Positions 52,201 to 64,000 of a stretch of DNA of 64,000 bases are shown piece after piece. A model generated the notes under the pieces. That model was given only the letters and a program-made list of their open reading frames with translations, ran no database searches and had not been told where the DNA came from. The DNA is from Eledone cirrhosa (Eukaryota). Location of the stretch: the NCBI GenBank assembly GCA_964016885.1, contig OZ024744.1, positions 23,188,001 through 23,252,000 on the forward strand, given 5' to 3'. Within the stretch, counting starts at the first letter, position 1; every line of letters begins with the position of its first letter. A program made the translations under genes and the position numbers.

Positions 52201-55200
52201 GTCGTTAAAACGAATCAGTTCTTAAGATTCAACTGTTGTTAAAACGAGTTTTATTTGAAGATTCAACTGTTGTTAAAATGGGTCAGTCCTTAAGGTTGAA
52301 CTGTTGATAAAACGAGTCAGTTCTTAAGAGTCAACTGTTGTTAAAACGAGTTTTATCTTAAGATTCAGCTGTTGTTAAAACGAGTCAGTTCTTAAGATTC
52401 AACTGTTGTTAAAACGAGTTTTATCTTAAGATTCAACTGTTATTAAAACGAGTCAGTTCTTAAGATTCAACTGTTGTTAAAACGAGTTTTATCTTAAGAT
52501 TCAACTGTTGTTAAAACGAGTTTATCTTAAGATTCAGTTGTTGTTAAAACGAATCAGTTCTTAAGATTCAACTGTTGTTAAAACGAGTTTATTTGAAGAT
52601 TCAACTGCTGTTAAAATGAGTCAGTTCTTAAGGTTGAACTGTTGTTAAAACGAGTTTTATCTTAAGATTCAGCTGTTGTTAAAACGAGTCAGTTCTTAAG
52701 ATTCAACTGTTGTTAAAACGAGTTTTATCTTAAGATTCAACTGTTGTTAAAACGAGTTTTATCTTAAGATTCAACTGTTGTTAAAACGAGTTTTATCTTA
52801 GGATTCAACAGTTGTTAAAACGAATCAGTTTTTAAGATTCAACCGTTGTTAAAACGAGTTTTATTTGAAGATTCAACTGTTGCTAAAACGAGTCAGTTCT
52901 TAAGGTTGAACGGTTGATAAAACGAGTCAGTTCTTAAGATTTAAGTGTTGTTAAAACTAGTTATATCTTAAGATTCAGCTGCTGTTAACACGAGTCAGTT
53001 CTTAAGATTCAACTGTTGTTAAAACGAGTTTTATCTTAAGATTCAGCTGTTGTTAAAACGAGTCAGTTCTTAAGATTCAACTGTTGTTAAAACGAGTTTT
53101 ATCTTAAGATTCAACTGTTGTTAAAACGAGACAGTTCTTAAGATTCAACGGTTGTTAAAACGAGACATTTCTTAAGATTCAACTGTTGTTAAAACGAGTT
53201 TTATCTTAAGATTCAACTGTTGTTAAAATGAGTTTTATCATAAGATTCAACTGTTGTTAAAACGAGTCAGTTCTTAAGATTCAACTGTTGTTAAAACAAG
53301 TTTTATTTGAAGATTCAACTGTTGTTAAAACGAATCAGTTCTTAACATTCAACTATTGTTAAAACTAATTTTATCTTAAGATTCAACTGTTGTTAAAACG
53401 AGTTTTATCTTAAGATTCAACTGTTGTTAAAATGAGTTTTATCTTAAGATTCAACTGTTGTTAAAACGAATCAGTTCTTAAGATTCAACTGTTGTTAAAA
53501 CGGGTTTTATTTGAAGATTCAACTGTTGCTAAAACGAGTCAGTTCTTAAGGTTGAACTGTTGATAAAACGAGTCAGTTCTTAAGATTCAACTGTTGTTAA
53601 AACTAGTTTTATCTTAAGATTCAGCTGGTGTTAACACGAGTCAGTTCTTAAGATTCAACTGTTGTTAATACGAGTTTTATCTTAAGATTCAATTGTTGTT
53701 AAAACGAGTCAGTTCTTAAGATTCAACTGTTGTTAAAACGAGTTATATCTTAAGATTCAACTGTTGTTAAAACGAGTTTTATCTTAAGATTCAACTGTTG
53801 TTAAAACGAGTCAGTTCTTAAGATTCAACTGTTGTTAAAACTAGTTTTATCTTAAGATTCAACTGTTGTTAAAACGAGTCAGTTCTTAAGGTTGAACTGT
53901 TGATAAAACGAGTCAGTTCTTAAGATTCAACTGTTGTTAAAACGAGTTTTTTCTTAAGATTCAACTGTTGTTAAAACGAGACAGTTCTTAAGATTCAACT
54001 GTTGTTAAAACGAGACAGTTCTCAAGATTCAACTGTTGTTAAAACGAGTTTTATCTTAAGATTCAACTGTTGTTAAAATGAGTTTTATCATAAGATTCAA
54101 CTTTGTTAAAACGAGTCAGTTCTTAAGATTCAACTGTTGTTAAAACGAGTCAGTTATTAAGTTTGCACTGTTGTTAAAACGAATCTGTTCTTAACATTCA
54201 ACTATAGTTAAAACGAATTTTATCTTAAGATTCAGCTGTTGTTAAAACGAGTCAGGTCTTAAGGTTGAAATGTTGATAAAACGAGTCAGTTCTTAAGATT
54301 CAACTGTTGTTAAAACGAGTTTTATCTTAAGATTCAACTGTTGTTAAAACGAGTAAGTTCTTAAGATTCAACTGTTGTTAAAACGAGTTTTATCTTAAGA
54401 TTCAACTGTTGTTAAAACGAGTTTATCTTAAGTTTCAGCTGTTGTTAAAACGAATCAGATCTTAAGATTCAACTGTTGTTAAAACGAGTTTTATATGAAG
54501 ATTCAACTGTTGTTAAAACGAGTCAGTTCTTACGGTTGAACTGTTGATATAACGAGACAGTTCTTACGATTCAACTGTTGTTAAAACGAGTTTTATCTTA
54601 AGATTCAGCTGTTGTTAAAACGAGTAAGTTCTTAAGATTCAACTGTTGTTAAAACGAGTTTTATCTTAAGATTCAACTGTTGTTAAAACGAGTTTTATTT
54701 GAAGATTTAACTGTTGTTAAAATGAGTCAGTTCTTAAGGTTGAACTGTTGATAAAGCGAGTCAGTTGTTAAGATTCAACTGTTGTTAAAACGAGTTTTAT
54801 CTTAAGATTCAGCTGTTGTTAAAACGAGTCAGTTCTTAAGATTCAAATGTTGTTAACACGAGTTTTATCTTAAGATTCAACTGATGTTAAAACGAGTTTA
54901 TCTTAAGATTCAGCTGTCGTTAAAACGAATCAGTTCTTAAGATTCAACTGTTGTTAAAACGAGTTTTATTTGAAGATTCAACTGTTGTTAAAATGAGTCA
55001 GTCCTTAAGGTTGAACTGTTGATAAAACGAGTCAGTTCTTAAGAGTCAACTGTTGTTAAAACGAGTTTTATCTTAAGATTCAGCTGTTGTTAAAACGAGT
55101 CAGTTCTTAAGATTCAACTGTTGTTAAAACGAGTTTTATCTTAAGATTCAACTGTTGTTAAAACGAGTTTATCTTAAGATTCAGTTGTTGTTAAAACGAA

Positions 55201-58200
55201 TCAGTTCTTAAGATTCAACTGTTGTTAAAACGAGTTTATTTGAAGATTCAACTGCTGTTAAAATGAGTCAGTTCTTAAGGTTGAACTGTTGTTAAAACGA
55301 GTTTTATCTTAAGATTCAACTGTTGTTAAAACGAATCAGTTCTTAAGATTCAACTGTTGTTAAAACGGGTTTTATTTGAAGATTCAACTGTTGCTAAAAC
55401 GAGTCAGTTCTTAAGGTTGAACTGTTGATAAAACGAGTTTTATCTTAAGATTCAGCTGTTGTTAAAACGAGTCAGTTCTTAAGATTCAACTGTTGTTAAA
55501 ACGAGTTTTATCTTAAGATTCAACTGTTGTTAAAACGAGACAGTTCTTAAGATTCAACGGTTGTTAAAACGAGACATTTCTTAAGATTCAACTGTTGTTA
55601 AAACGAGTTTTATCTTAAGATTCAACTGTTGTTAAAATGAGTTTTATCATAAGATTCAACTGTTGTTAAAACGAGTCAGTTCTTAAGATTCAACTGTTGT
55701 TAAAACAAGTTTTATTTGAAGATTCAACTGTTGTTAAAATGAGTCAGTTCTTAAGGTTGAACTGTTGATAAAACGAGTCAGTTCTTAAGAGTCAACTGTT
55801 GTTAAAACGAGTTTTATCTTAAGATTCAACTGTTGTTGAAACGAGACAGTTCTTAAGATTCAACGGTTGTTAAAACGAGACATTTCTTAAGATTCAACTG
55901 TTGTTAAAACGAGTTTTATCTTAAGATTCAACTGTTGTTAAAATGAGTTTTATCATAAGATTCAACTGTTGTTAAAACGAGTCAGTTCTTAAGATTCAAC
56001 TGTTGTTAAAACAAGTTTTATTTGAAGATTCAACTGTTGTTAAAACGAATCAGTTCTTAACATTCAACTATTGTTAAAACTAATTTTATCTTAAGATTCA
56101 ACTGTTGTTAAAACGAGTTTTATCTTAAGATTCAACTGTTGTTAAAATGAGTTTTATCTTAAGATTCAACTGTTGTTAAAACGAATCAGTTCTTAAGATT
56201 CAACTGTTGTTAAAACGGGTTTTATTTGAAGATTCAACTGTTGCTAAAACGAGTCAGTTCTTAAGGTTGAACTGTTGATAAAACGAGTCAGTTCTTAAGA
56301 TTCAACTGTTGTTAAAACTAGTTTTATCTTAAGATTCAGCTGGTGTTAACACGAGTCAGTTCTTAAGATTCAACTGTTGTTAATACGAGTTTTATCTTAA
56401 GATTCAATTGTTGTTAAAACGAGTCAGTTCTTAAGATTCAACTGTTGTTAAAACGAGTTATATCTTAAGATTCAACTGTTGTTAAAACGAGTTTTATCTT
56501 AAGATTCAACTGTTGTTAAAACGAGTCAGTTCTTAAGATTCAACTGTTGTTAAAACTAGTTTTATCTTAAGATTCAACTGTTGTTAAAACGAGTCAGTTC
56601 TTAAGGTTGAACTGTTGATAAAACGAGTCAGTTCTTAAGATTCAACTGTTGTTAAAACGAGTTTTTTCTTAAGATTCAACTGTTGTTAAAACGAGACAGT
56701 TCTTAAGATTCAACTGTTGTTAAAACGAGACAGTTCTCAAGATTCAACTGTTGTTAAAACGAGTTTTATCTTAAGATTCAACTGTTGTTAAAATGAGTTT
56801 TATCATAAGATTCAACTTTGTTAAAACGAGTCAGTTCTTAAGATTCAACTGTTGTTAAAACAAGTTTTATTTGAAGATTCAACTGTTGTTAAAACGAGTC
56901 AGTTATTAAGTTTGCACTGTTGTTAAAACGAATCTGTTCTTAACATTCAACTATAGTTAAAACGAATTTTATCTTAAGATTCAGCTGTTGTTAAAACGAG
57001 TCAGGTCTTAAGGTTGAACTGTTGATAAAACGAGTCAGTTCTTAAGATTCAACTGTTGTTAAAACGAGATTTATCTTAAGATTCAACTGTTGTTAAAACG
57101 AGTAAGTTCTTAAGATTCAACTGTTGTTAAAACGAGTTTTATCTTAAGATTCAACTGTTGTTAAAACGAGTTTATCTTAAGATTCAGCTGTTGTTAAAAC
57201 GAATCAGTTCTTAAGATTCAACTGTTGTTAAAACGAGTTTTATATGAAGATTCAACTGTTGTTAAAACGAGTCAGTTCTTACGGTTGAACTGTTGATATA
57301 ACGAGACAGTTCTTACGATTCAACTGTTGTTAAAACGAGTTTTATCTTAAGATTCAGCTGTTGTTAAAACGAGTTTTATTTGAAGATTTAACTGTTGTTA
57401 AAATGAGTCAGTTCTTAAGGTTGAACTGTTGATAAAGCGAGTCAGTTGTTAAGATTCAACTGTTGTTAAAACGAGTTTTATCTTAAGATTCAGCTGTTGT
57501 TAAAACGAGTCAGTTCTTAAGATTCAAATGTTGTTAACACGAGTTTTATCTTAAGATTCAACTGATGTTAAAACGAGTTTATCTTAAGATTCAGCTGTCG
57601 TTAAAACGAATCAGTTCTTAAGATTCAACTGTTGTTAAAACGAGTTTTATTTGAAGATTCAACTGTTGTTAAAATGAGTCAGTCCTTAAGGTTGAACTGT
57701 TGATAAAACGAGTCATTTCTTAAGAGTCAACTGTTGTTAAAACGAGTTTTATCTTAAGATTCAGCTGTTGTTAAAACGAGTCAGTTCTTAAGATTCAACT
57801 GTTGTTAAAACGAGTTTTATCTTAAGATTCAACTGTTGTTAAAACGAGTTTATCTTAAGATTCAGTTGTTGTTAAAACGAATCAGTTCTTAAGATTCAAC
57901 TGTTGTTAAAACGAGTTTATTTGAAGATTCAACTGCTGTTAAAATGAGTCAGTTCTTAAGGTTGAACTGTTGTTAAAACGAGTTTTATCTTAAGATTCAA
58001 CTGTTGTTAAAACGAATCAGTTCTTAAGATTCAACTGTTGTTAAAACGGGTTTTATTTGAAGATTCAACTGTTGCTAAAACGAGTCAGTGCTTAAGGTTG
58101 AACTGTTGATAAAACGAGTCAGTTCTTAAGAGTCAACTGTTGTTAAAACGAGTTTTATCTTAAGATTCAGCTGTTGTTAAAACGAGTCAGTTCTTAAGAT

Positions 58201-61200
58201 TCAACTGTTGTTAAAACGAGTTTTATCTTAAGATTCAACTGTTATTAAAACGAGTCAGTTCTTAAGATTCAACTGTTGTTAAAACGAGTTTTATCTTAAG
58301 ATTCAACTGTTGTTAAAACGAGTTTATTTGAAGATTCAACTGCTGTTAAAATGAGTCAGTTCTTATGGTTGAACTGTTGTTAAAACGAGTTTTATCTTAA
58401 AATTCAGCTGTTGTTAAAACGAGTCAGTTCTTAAGATTCAACTGTTGTTAAAACGAGTTTTATCTTAAGATTCAACTGTTGTTAAAACGAGTTTTATCTT
58501 AAGATTCAACTGTTGTTAAAACGAGTTTTATCTTAGGATTCAACTGTTGTTAAAACGAATCAGTTTTTAAGATTCAACCGTTTTTAAAACGAATTTTATT
58601 TGAAGATTCAACTGTTGCTAAAACGAGTCAGTTCTTAAGGTTAAACGGTTGATAAAACGAGTCAGTTCTTAAGATTCAAGTGTTGTTAAAACTAGTTTTT
58701 TCTTAAGATTCAGCTGCTGTTAACACGAGTCAGTTCTTAAGATTCAACTGTTGTTAAAACGAGTTTTATCTTAAGATTCAACTGTTATTAAAACGAGTCA
58801 GTTCTTAAGATTCAACTGTTGTTAAAACGAGTTTTATCTTAAGATTCAATTGTTGTTAAAACGAGTCAGTTCTTAAGATTCAACTGTTGTTAAAACGAGT
58901 TATATCTTAAGATTCAACTGTTGTTAAAACGAGTCAGTTCTTAAGGTTCAACTGTTGTTAAAACGAGTATTATTTGAAGATTCAACTGTTGTTAAAAGGA
59001 GTCAGTTCTTAAGGTTGAACTGTTGATAAAACGAGTCAGTTCTTAAGAGTCAACTGTTGTTAAAACGAGTTTTATCTTAAGATTCAACTGTTGTTAAAAC
59101 GAGACAGTTCTTAAGATTCAACGGTTGTTAAAACGAGACATTTCTTAAGATTCAACTGTTGTTAAAATGAGTTTTATCTTAAGATTCAACTGTTGTTAAA
59201 ATGAGTTTTATCATAAGATTCAACTGTTGTTAAAACGAGTCAGTTCTTAAGATTCAACTGTTGTTAAAACAAGTTTTATTTGAAGATTCAACTGTTGTTA
59301 AAACGAATCAGTTCTTAACATTCAACTATTGTTAAAACGAATTTTATCTTAAGATTCAACTGTTGTTAAAACGAGTTTTATCTTAAGATTCAACTGTTGT
59401 TAAAATGAGTTTTATCTTAAGATTCAACTGTTGTTAAAACGAATCAGTTCTTAAGATTCAACTGTTGTTAAAACGGGTTTTATTTGAAGATTCAACTGTT
59501 GCTAAAACGAGTCAGTTCTTAAGGTTGAACTGTTGATAAAACGAGTCAGTTCTTAAGATTCAACTGTTGTTAAAACTAGTTTTATCTTAAGATTCAGCTG
59601 TTGTTAACACGAGTCAGTTCTTAAGATTCAACTCTTGTTAAAACGAGTTATATCTTAAGATTCAACTGTTGTTAAAACGAGTTTTATCTTAAGATTCAAC
59701 TGTTGTTAAAACGAGTCAGTTCTTAAGATTCAACTGTTGTTAAAACGAGTTTTATTTGAAGATTCAACTGTTGTTAAAACGAGTCAGTTCTTAAGGTTGA
59801 ACTGTTGATAAAACGAGTCAGTTCTTAAGATTCAACTGTTGTTAAAACGAGTTTTATTTGAAGATTCAACTGTTGTTAAAACGAGTCAGTTCTTAAGGTT
59901 GAACTGTTGATAAAACGAGTCAGTTCTTAAGATTCAACTGTTGTTAAAACGAGTTTTTTCTTAAGATTCAACTGTTGTTAAAACGAGACAGTTCTTAAGA
60001 TTCAACTGTTGTTAAAACGAGTTTTATCTTAAGATTCAACTGTTGTTAAAACGAGTTTATCTTAAGATTCAGCTGTTGTTAAAACGAATCAGTTCTTAAG
60101 ATTCAACTGTTGTTAAAACGAGTTTTATTTGAAGATTCAACTGTTGTTAAAACGAGTCAGTTCTTACGGTTGAACTGTTGTTAAAACGAGACAGTTCTTA
60201 CGATTCAACTGTTGTTAAAACGAGTTATATCTTAAGATTCAGCTGTTGTTAAAACGAGTAAGTTCTTAAGATTCAACTGTTGTTAAAACGAGTTTTATCT
60301 TAAGATTCAACTGTTGTTAAAACGAGTTTTATTTGAAGATTTAACTGTTGTTAAAATGAATCAGTTCTTTAGGTTGAACAGTTGATAAAGCGAGTCAGTT
60401 GTTAAGATTCAACTGTTGTTAAAACGAGTTTTATCTTAAGATTCAACTGATGTTAAAACGAGTTTATCTTAAGATTCAGCTGTCGTTAAAACGAATCAGT
60501 TCTTAAGATTCAACTGTTGTTAAAACGAGTTTTATTTGAAGATTCAACTGTTGTTAAAATGAGTCAGTCCTTAAGGTTGAACTGTTGATAAAACGAGTCA
60601 GTTCTTAAGAGTCAACTGTTGTTAAAACGAGTTTTATCTTAAGATTCAGCTGTTGTTAGAACGAGTCAGTTCTTAAGATTCAACTGTTGTTAAAACGAGT
60701 TTTATCTTAAGATTCAACTGTTATTAAAACGAGTCAGTTCTTAAGATTCAACTGTTGTTAAAACGAGTTTATCTTAAGATTCAGTTGTTGTTAAAACGAA
60801 TCAGTTCTTAAGATTCAGCTGTTGTTAAAACGAGTCAGTTCTTAAGATTCAAATGTTGTTAACACGAGTTTTATCTTAAGATTCAACTGATGTTAAAACG
60901 AGTTTATCTTAAGATTCAGCTGTCGTTAAAACGAATCAGTTCTTAAGATTCAACTGTTGTTAAAACGAGTTTTATTTGAAGATTCAACTGTTGTTAAAAT
61001 GAGTCAGTCCTTAAGGTTGAACTGTTGATAAAACGAGTCAGTTCTTAAGAGTCAACTGTTGTTAAAACGAGTTTTATCTTAAGATTCAGCTGTTGTTAGA
61101 ACGAGTCAGTTCTTAAGATTCAACTGTTGTTAAAACGAGTTTTATCTTAAGATTCAACTGTTATTAAAACGAGTCAGTTCTTAAGATTCAACTGTTGTTA

Positions 61201-64000
61201 AAACGAGTTTATCTTAAGATTCAGTTGTTGTTAAAACGAATCAGTTCTTAAGATTCAACTGTTGTTAAAACGAGTTTATTTGAAGATTCAACTGCTGTTA
61301 AAATGAGTCAGTTCTTAAGGTTGAACTGTTGTTAAAACGAGTTTTATCTTAAGATTCAACTGTTGTTAAAACGAGTTTTATCTTAAGATTCAACTGTTGT
61401 TAAAACGAGTTTTATCTTAGGATTCAACTGTTGTTAAAACGAATCAGTTTTTAAGATTCAACCGTTGTTAAAACGAGATTTATTTGAAGATTCAACTGTT
61501 GCTAAAACGAGTCAGTTCTTAAGGTTGAACGGTTGATAAAACGAGTCAGTTCTTAAGATTTAAGTGTTGTTAAAACTAGTTATATCTTAAGATTCAGCTG
61601 CTGTTAACACGAGTCAGTTCTTAAGATTCAACTGTTGTTAAAACGAGTTTTATCTTAAGATTCAGCTGTTGTTAAAACGAGTCAGTTCTTAAGATTCAAC
61701 TGTTGTTAAAACGAGACAGTTCTTAAGATTCAACGGTTGTTAAAACGAGACATTTCTTAAGATTCAACTGTTGTTAAAACGAGTTTTATCTTAAGATTCA
61801 ACTGTTGTTAAAATGAGTTTTATCATAAGATTCAACTGTTGTTAAAACGAGTCAGTTCTTAAGATTCAACTGTCGTTAAAACAAGTGTTATTTGAAGATT
61901 CAACTGTTGTTAAAATGAGTCAGTTCTTAAGGTTGAACTGTTGATAAAACGAGTCAGTTCTTAAGAGTCAACTGTTGTTAAAACGAGTTTTATCTTAAGA
62001 TTCAACTGTTGTTGAAACGAGACAGTTCTTAAGATTCAACGGTTGTTAAAACGAGACATTTCTTAAGATTCAACTGTTGTTAAAACGAGTTTTATCTTAA
62101 GATTCAACTGTTGTTAAAATGAGTTTTATCATAAGATTCAACTGTTGTTAAAACGAGTCAGTTCTTAAGATTCAACTGTTGTTAAAACAAGTTTTATTTG
62201 AAGATTCAACTGTTGTTAAAACGAATCAGTTCTTAACATTCAACTATTGTTAAAACTAATTTTATCTTAAGATTCAACTGTTGTTAAAACGAGTTTTATC
62301 TTAAGATTCAACTGTTGTTAAAATGAGTTTTATCTTAAGATTCAACTGTTGTTAAAACGAATCAGTTCTTAAGATTCAACTGTTGTTAAAACGGGTTTTA
62401 TTTGAAGATTCAACTGTTGCTAAAACGAGTCAGTTCTTAAGGTTGAACTGTTGATAAAACGAGTCAGTTCTTAAGATTCAACTGTTGTTAAAACTAGTTT
62501 TATCTTAACATTCAGCTGGTGTTAACACGAGTCAGTTCTTAAGATTCAACTGTTGTTAATACGAGTTTTATCTTAAGATTCAATTGTTGTTAAAACGAGT
62601 CAGTTCTTAAGATTCAACTGTTGTTAAAACGAGTTATATCTTAAGATTCAACTGTTGTTAAAACGAGTTTTATCTTAAGATTCAACTGTTGTTAAAACGA
62701 GTCAGTTCTTAAGATTCAACTGTTGTTAAAACTAGTTTTATCTTAAGATTCAACTGTTGTTAAAACGAGTCAGTTCTTAAGGTTGAACTGTTGATAAAAC
62801 GAGTCAGTTCTTAAGATTCAACTGTTGTTAAAACGAGTTTTTTCTTAAGATTCAACTGTTGTTAAAACGAGACAGTTCTTAAGATTCAACTGTTGTTAAA
62901 ACGAGACAGTTCTCAAGATTCAACTGTTGTTAAAACGAGTTTTATCTTAAGATTCAACTGTTGTTAAAATGAGTTTTATCATAAGATTCAACTTTGTTAA
63001 AACGAGTCAGTTCTTAAGATTCAACTGTTGTTAAAACAAGTTTTATTTGAAGATTCAACTGTTGTTAAAACGAGTCAGTTATTAAGTTTGCACTGTTGTT
63101 AAAACGAATCTGTTCTTAACATTCAACTATAGTTAAAACGAATTTTATCTTAAGATTCAGCTGTTGTTAAAACGAGTCAGGTCTTAAGGTTGAACTGTTG
63201 ATAAAACGAGTCAGTTCTTAAGATTCAACTGTTGTTAAAACGAGTTTTATCTTAAGATTCAGCTGTTGTTAAAACGAGTAAGTTCTTAAGATTCAACTGT
63301 TGTTAAAACGAGTTTTATCTTAAGATTCAACTGTTGTTAAAACGAGTTTATCTTAAGATTCAGCTGTTGTTAAAACGAATCAGTTCTTAAGATTCAACTG
63401 TTGTTAAAACGAGTTTTATATGAAGATTCAACTGTTGTTAAAACGAGTCAGTTCTTACGGTTGAACTGTTGATATAACGAGACAGTTCTTACGATTCAAC
63501 TGTTGTTAAAACGAGTTTTATCTTAAGATTCAGCTGTTGTTAAAACGAGTAAGTTCTTAAGATTCAACTGTTGTTAAAACGAGTTTTATCTTAAGATTCA
63601 ACTGTTGTTAAAACGAGTTTTATTTGAAGATTTAACTGTTGTTAAAATGAGTCAGTTCTTAAGGTTGAACTGTTGATAAAGCGAGTCAGTTGTTAAGATT
63701 CAACTGTTGTTAAAACGAGTTTTATCTTAAGATTCAGCTGTTGTTAAAACGAGTCAGTTCTTAAGATTCAAATGTTGTTAACACGAGTTTTATCTTAAGA
63801 TTCAACTGATGTTAAAACGAGTTTATCTTAAGATTCAGCTGTCGTTAAAACGAATCAGTTCTTAAGATTCAACTGTTGTTAAAACGAGTTTTATTTGAAG
63901 ATTCAACTGTTGTTAAAATGAGTCAGTCCTTAAGGTTGAACTGTTGATAAAACGAGTCAGTTCTTAAGAGTCAACTGTTGTTAAAACGAGTTTTATCTTA
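28300..64000 (+). repeat. Right HOR domain with X/Y subunits of about 3 kb and a composite unit of about 6.2-6.3 kb
   Basis: Markers absent from the left domain include ATTAAGTTTGCAC (G at 29319, 31764, 36041, 37536, 40726, 43339, 46393, 49618, 54165, 56914, 63090), CTTACGGTTGAAC, CTTAGGATT, TCAACCG, TTCTCAAG and CAAATGTTGTTAACAC. Offsets are 6,279-6,280 (43339 to 49618; 45317 to 51597) and 6,176 (56914 to 63090; 55838 to 62014; 56342 to 62518). Confidence 0.85.

Larger units (their letters stand above)
1..64000 (+). repeat. Tandem satellite array, 34-bp monomer, about 1,880 copies, runs off both window ends
   Basis: TCTTAAGATTCAACTGTTGTTAAAACGAGTTTTA occupies 1-34 and the next copy starts at 35. 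The same phase-locked unit continues to 64000. Two main monomer endings (GAGTTTTA, GAGTCAGT) usually alternate. No reverse-orientation copies or foreign sequence were seen. Confidence 0.99.

Noticed and set aside
1-64000. Protein-coding repeat ORF on either strand
   Set aside because: TTAA occurs twice per monomer, giving TAA on both strands. Because 34 is not a multiple of 3, stops cycle through all frames within a few monomers.
1-64000. Transposon insertions, inversions or piggyBac-type insertions at the many TTAA sites
   Set aside because: No non-satellite sequence and no strand switch were seen anywhere in the window.
1-64000. Artefact such as a rolling-circle concatemer or low-complexity sequencing noise
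   Set aside because: Variants recur at exact kilobase offsets in nested, lineage-like patterns and change between domains. Local misassembly cannot be excluded without reads.
1-64000. Telomeric repeat, plasmid iteron array, or assignment to a named satellite family or species
   Set aside because: There is no G-rich telomerase-type unit and no rep gene, and the array is far too long for iterons. I do not recognise the monomer, so a database search is required.
1-64000. A/B monomer order acting as an information-bearing code
   Set aside because: The order is adequately explained by alternation plus in-register duplications and deletions, and nothing in the window suggests a reader or writer mechanism.

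Overview
The whole 64 kb window is one uninterrupted, head-to-tail, single-orientation AT-rich (about 30% GC) satellite array of about 1,880 copies of a 34-bp monomer. The consensus is TCTTAAGATTCAACTGTTGTTAAAACGAGT followed by TTTA (A type) or CAGT (B type). I found no genes, RNA genes, transposons, CRISPR spacers, inversions or unique sequence. The information is in the pattern of variants, which shows a nested hierarchy. There is a possible 17-bp ancestral half-unit, the 34-bp monomer, a loose A/B 68-bp alternation, small multimer modules, and kilobase higher-order repeats (HORs). The left domain (about 1-28.3 kb) has young, near-identical HORs with periods of 3,741 and 2,655 bp plus rearranged variants. 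The right domain (about 28.3-64 kb) uses a different marker set, with two diverged ~3-kb subunits (X/Y) forming a ~6.2-6.3 kb unit and a further duplication at a ~10.5 kb offset. This resembles eukaryotic (peri)centromeric or heterochromatic satellite DNA, but I cannot identify the organism or satellite family from the sequence. All coordinates and spacings were counted by hand from marker variants, and domain boundaries are approximate.
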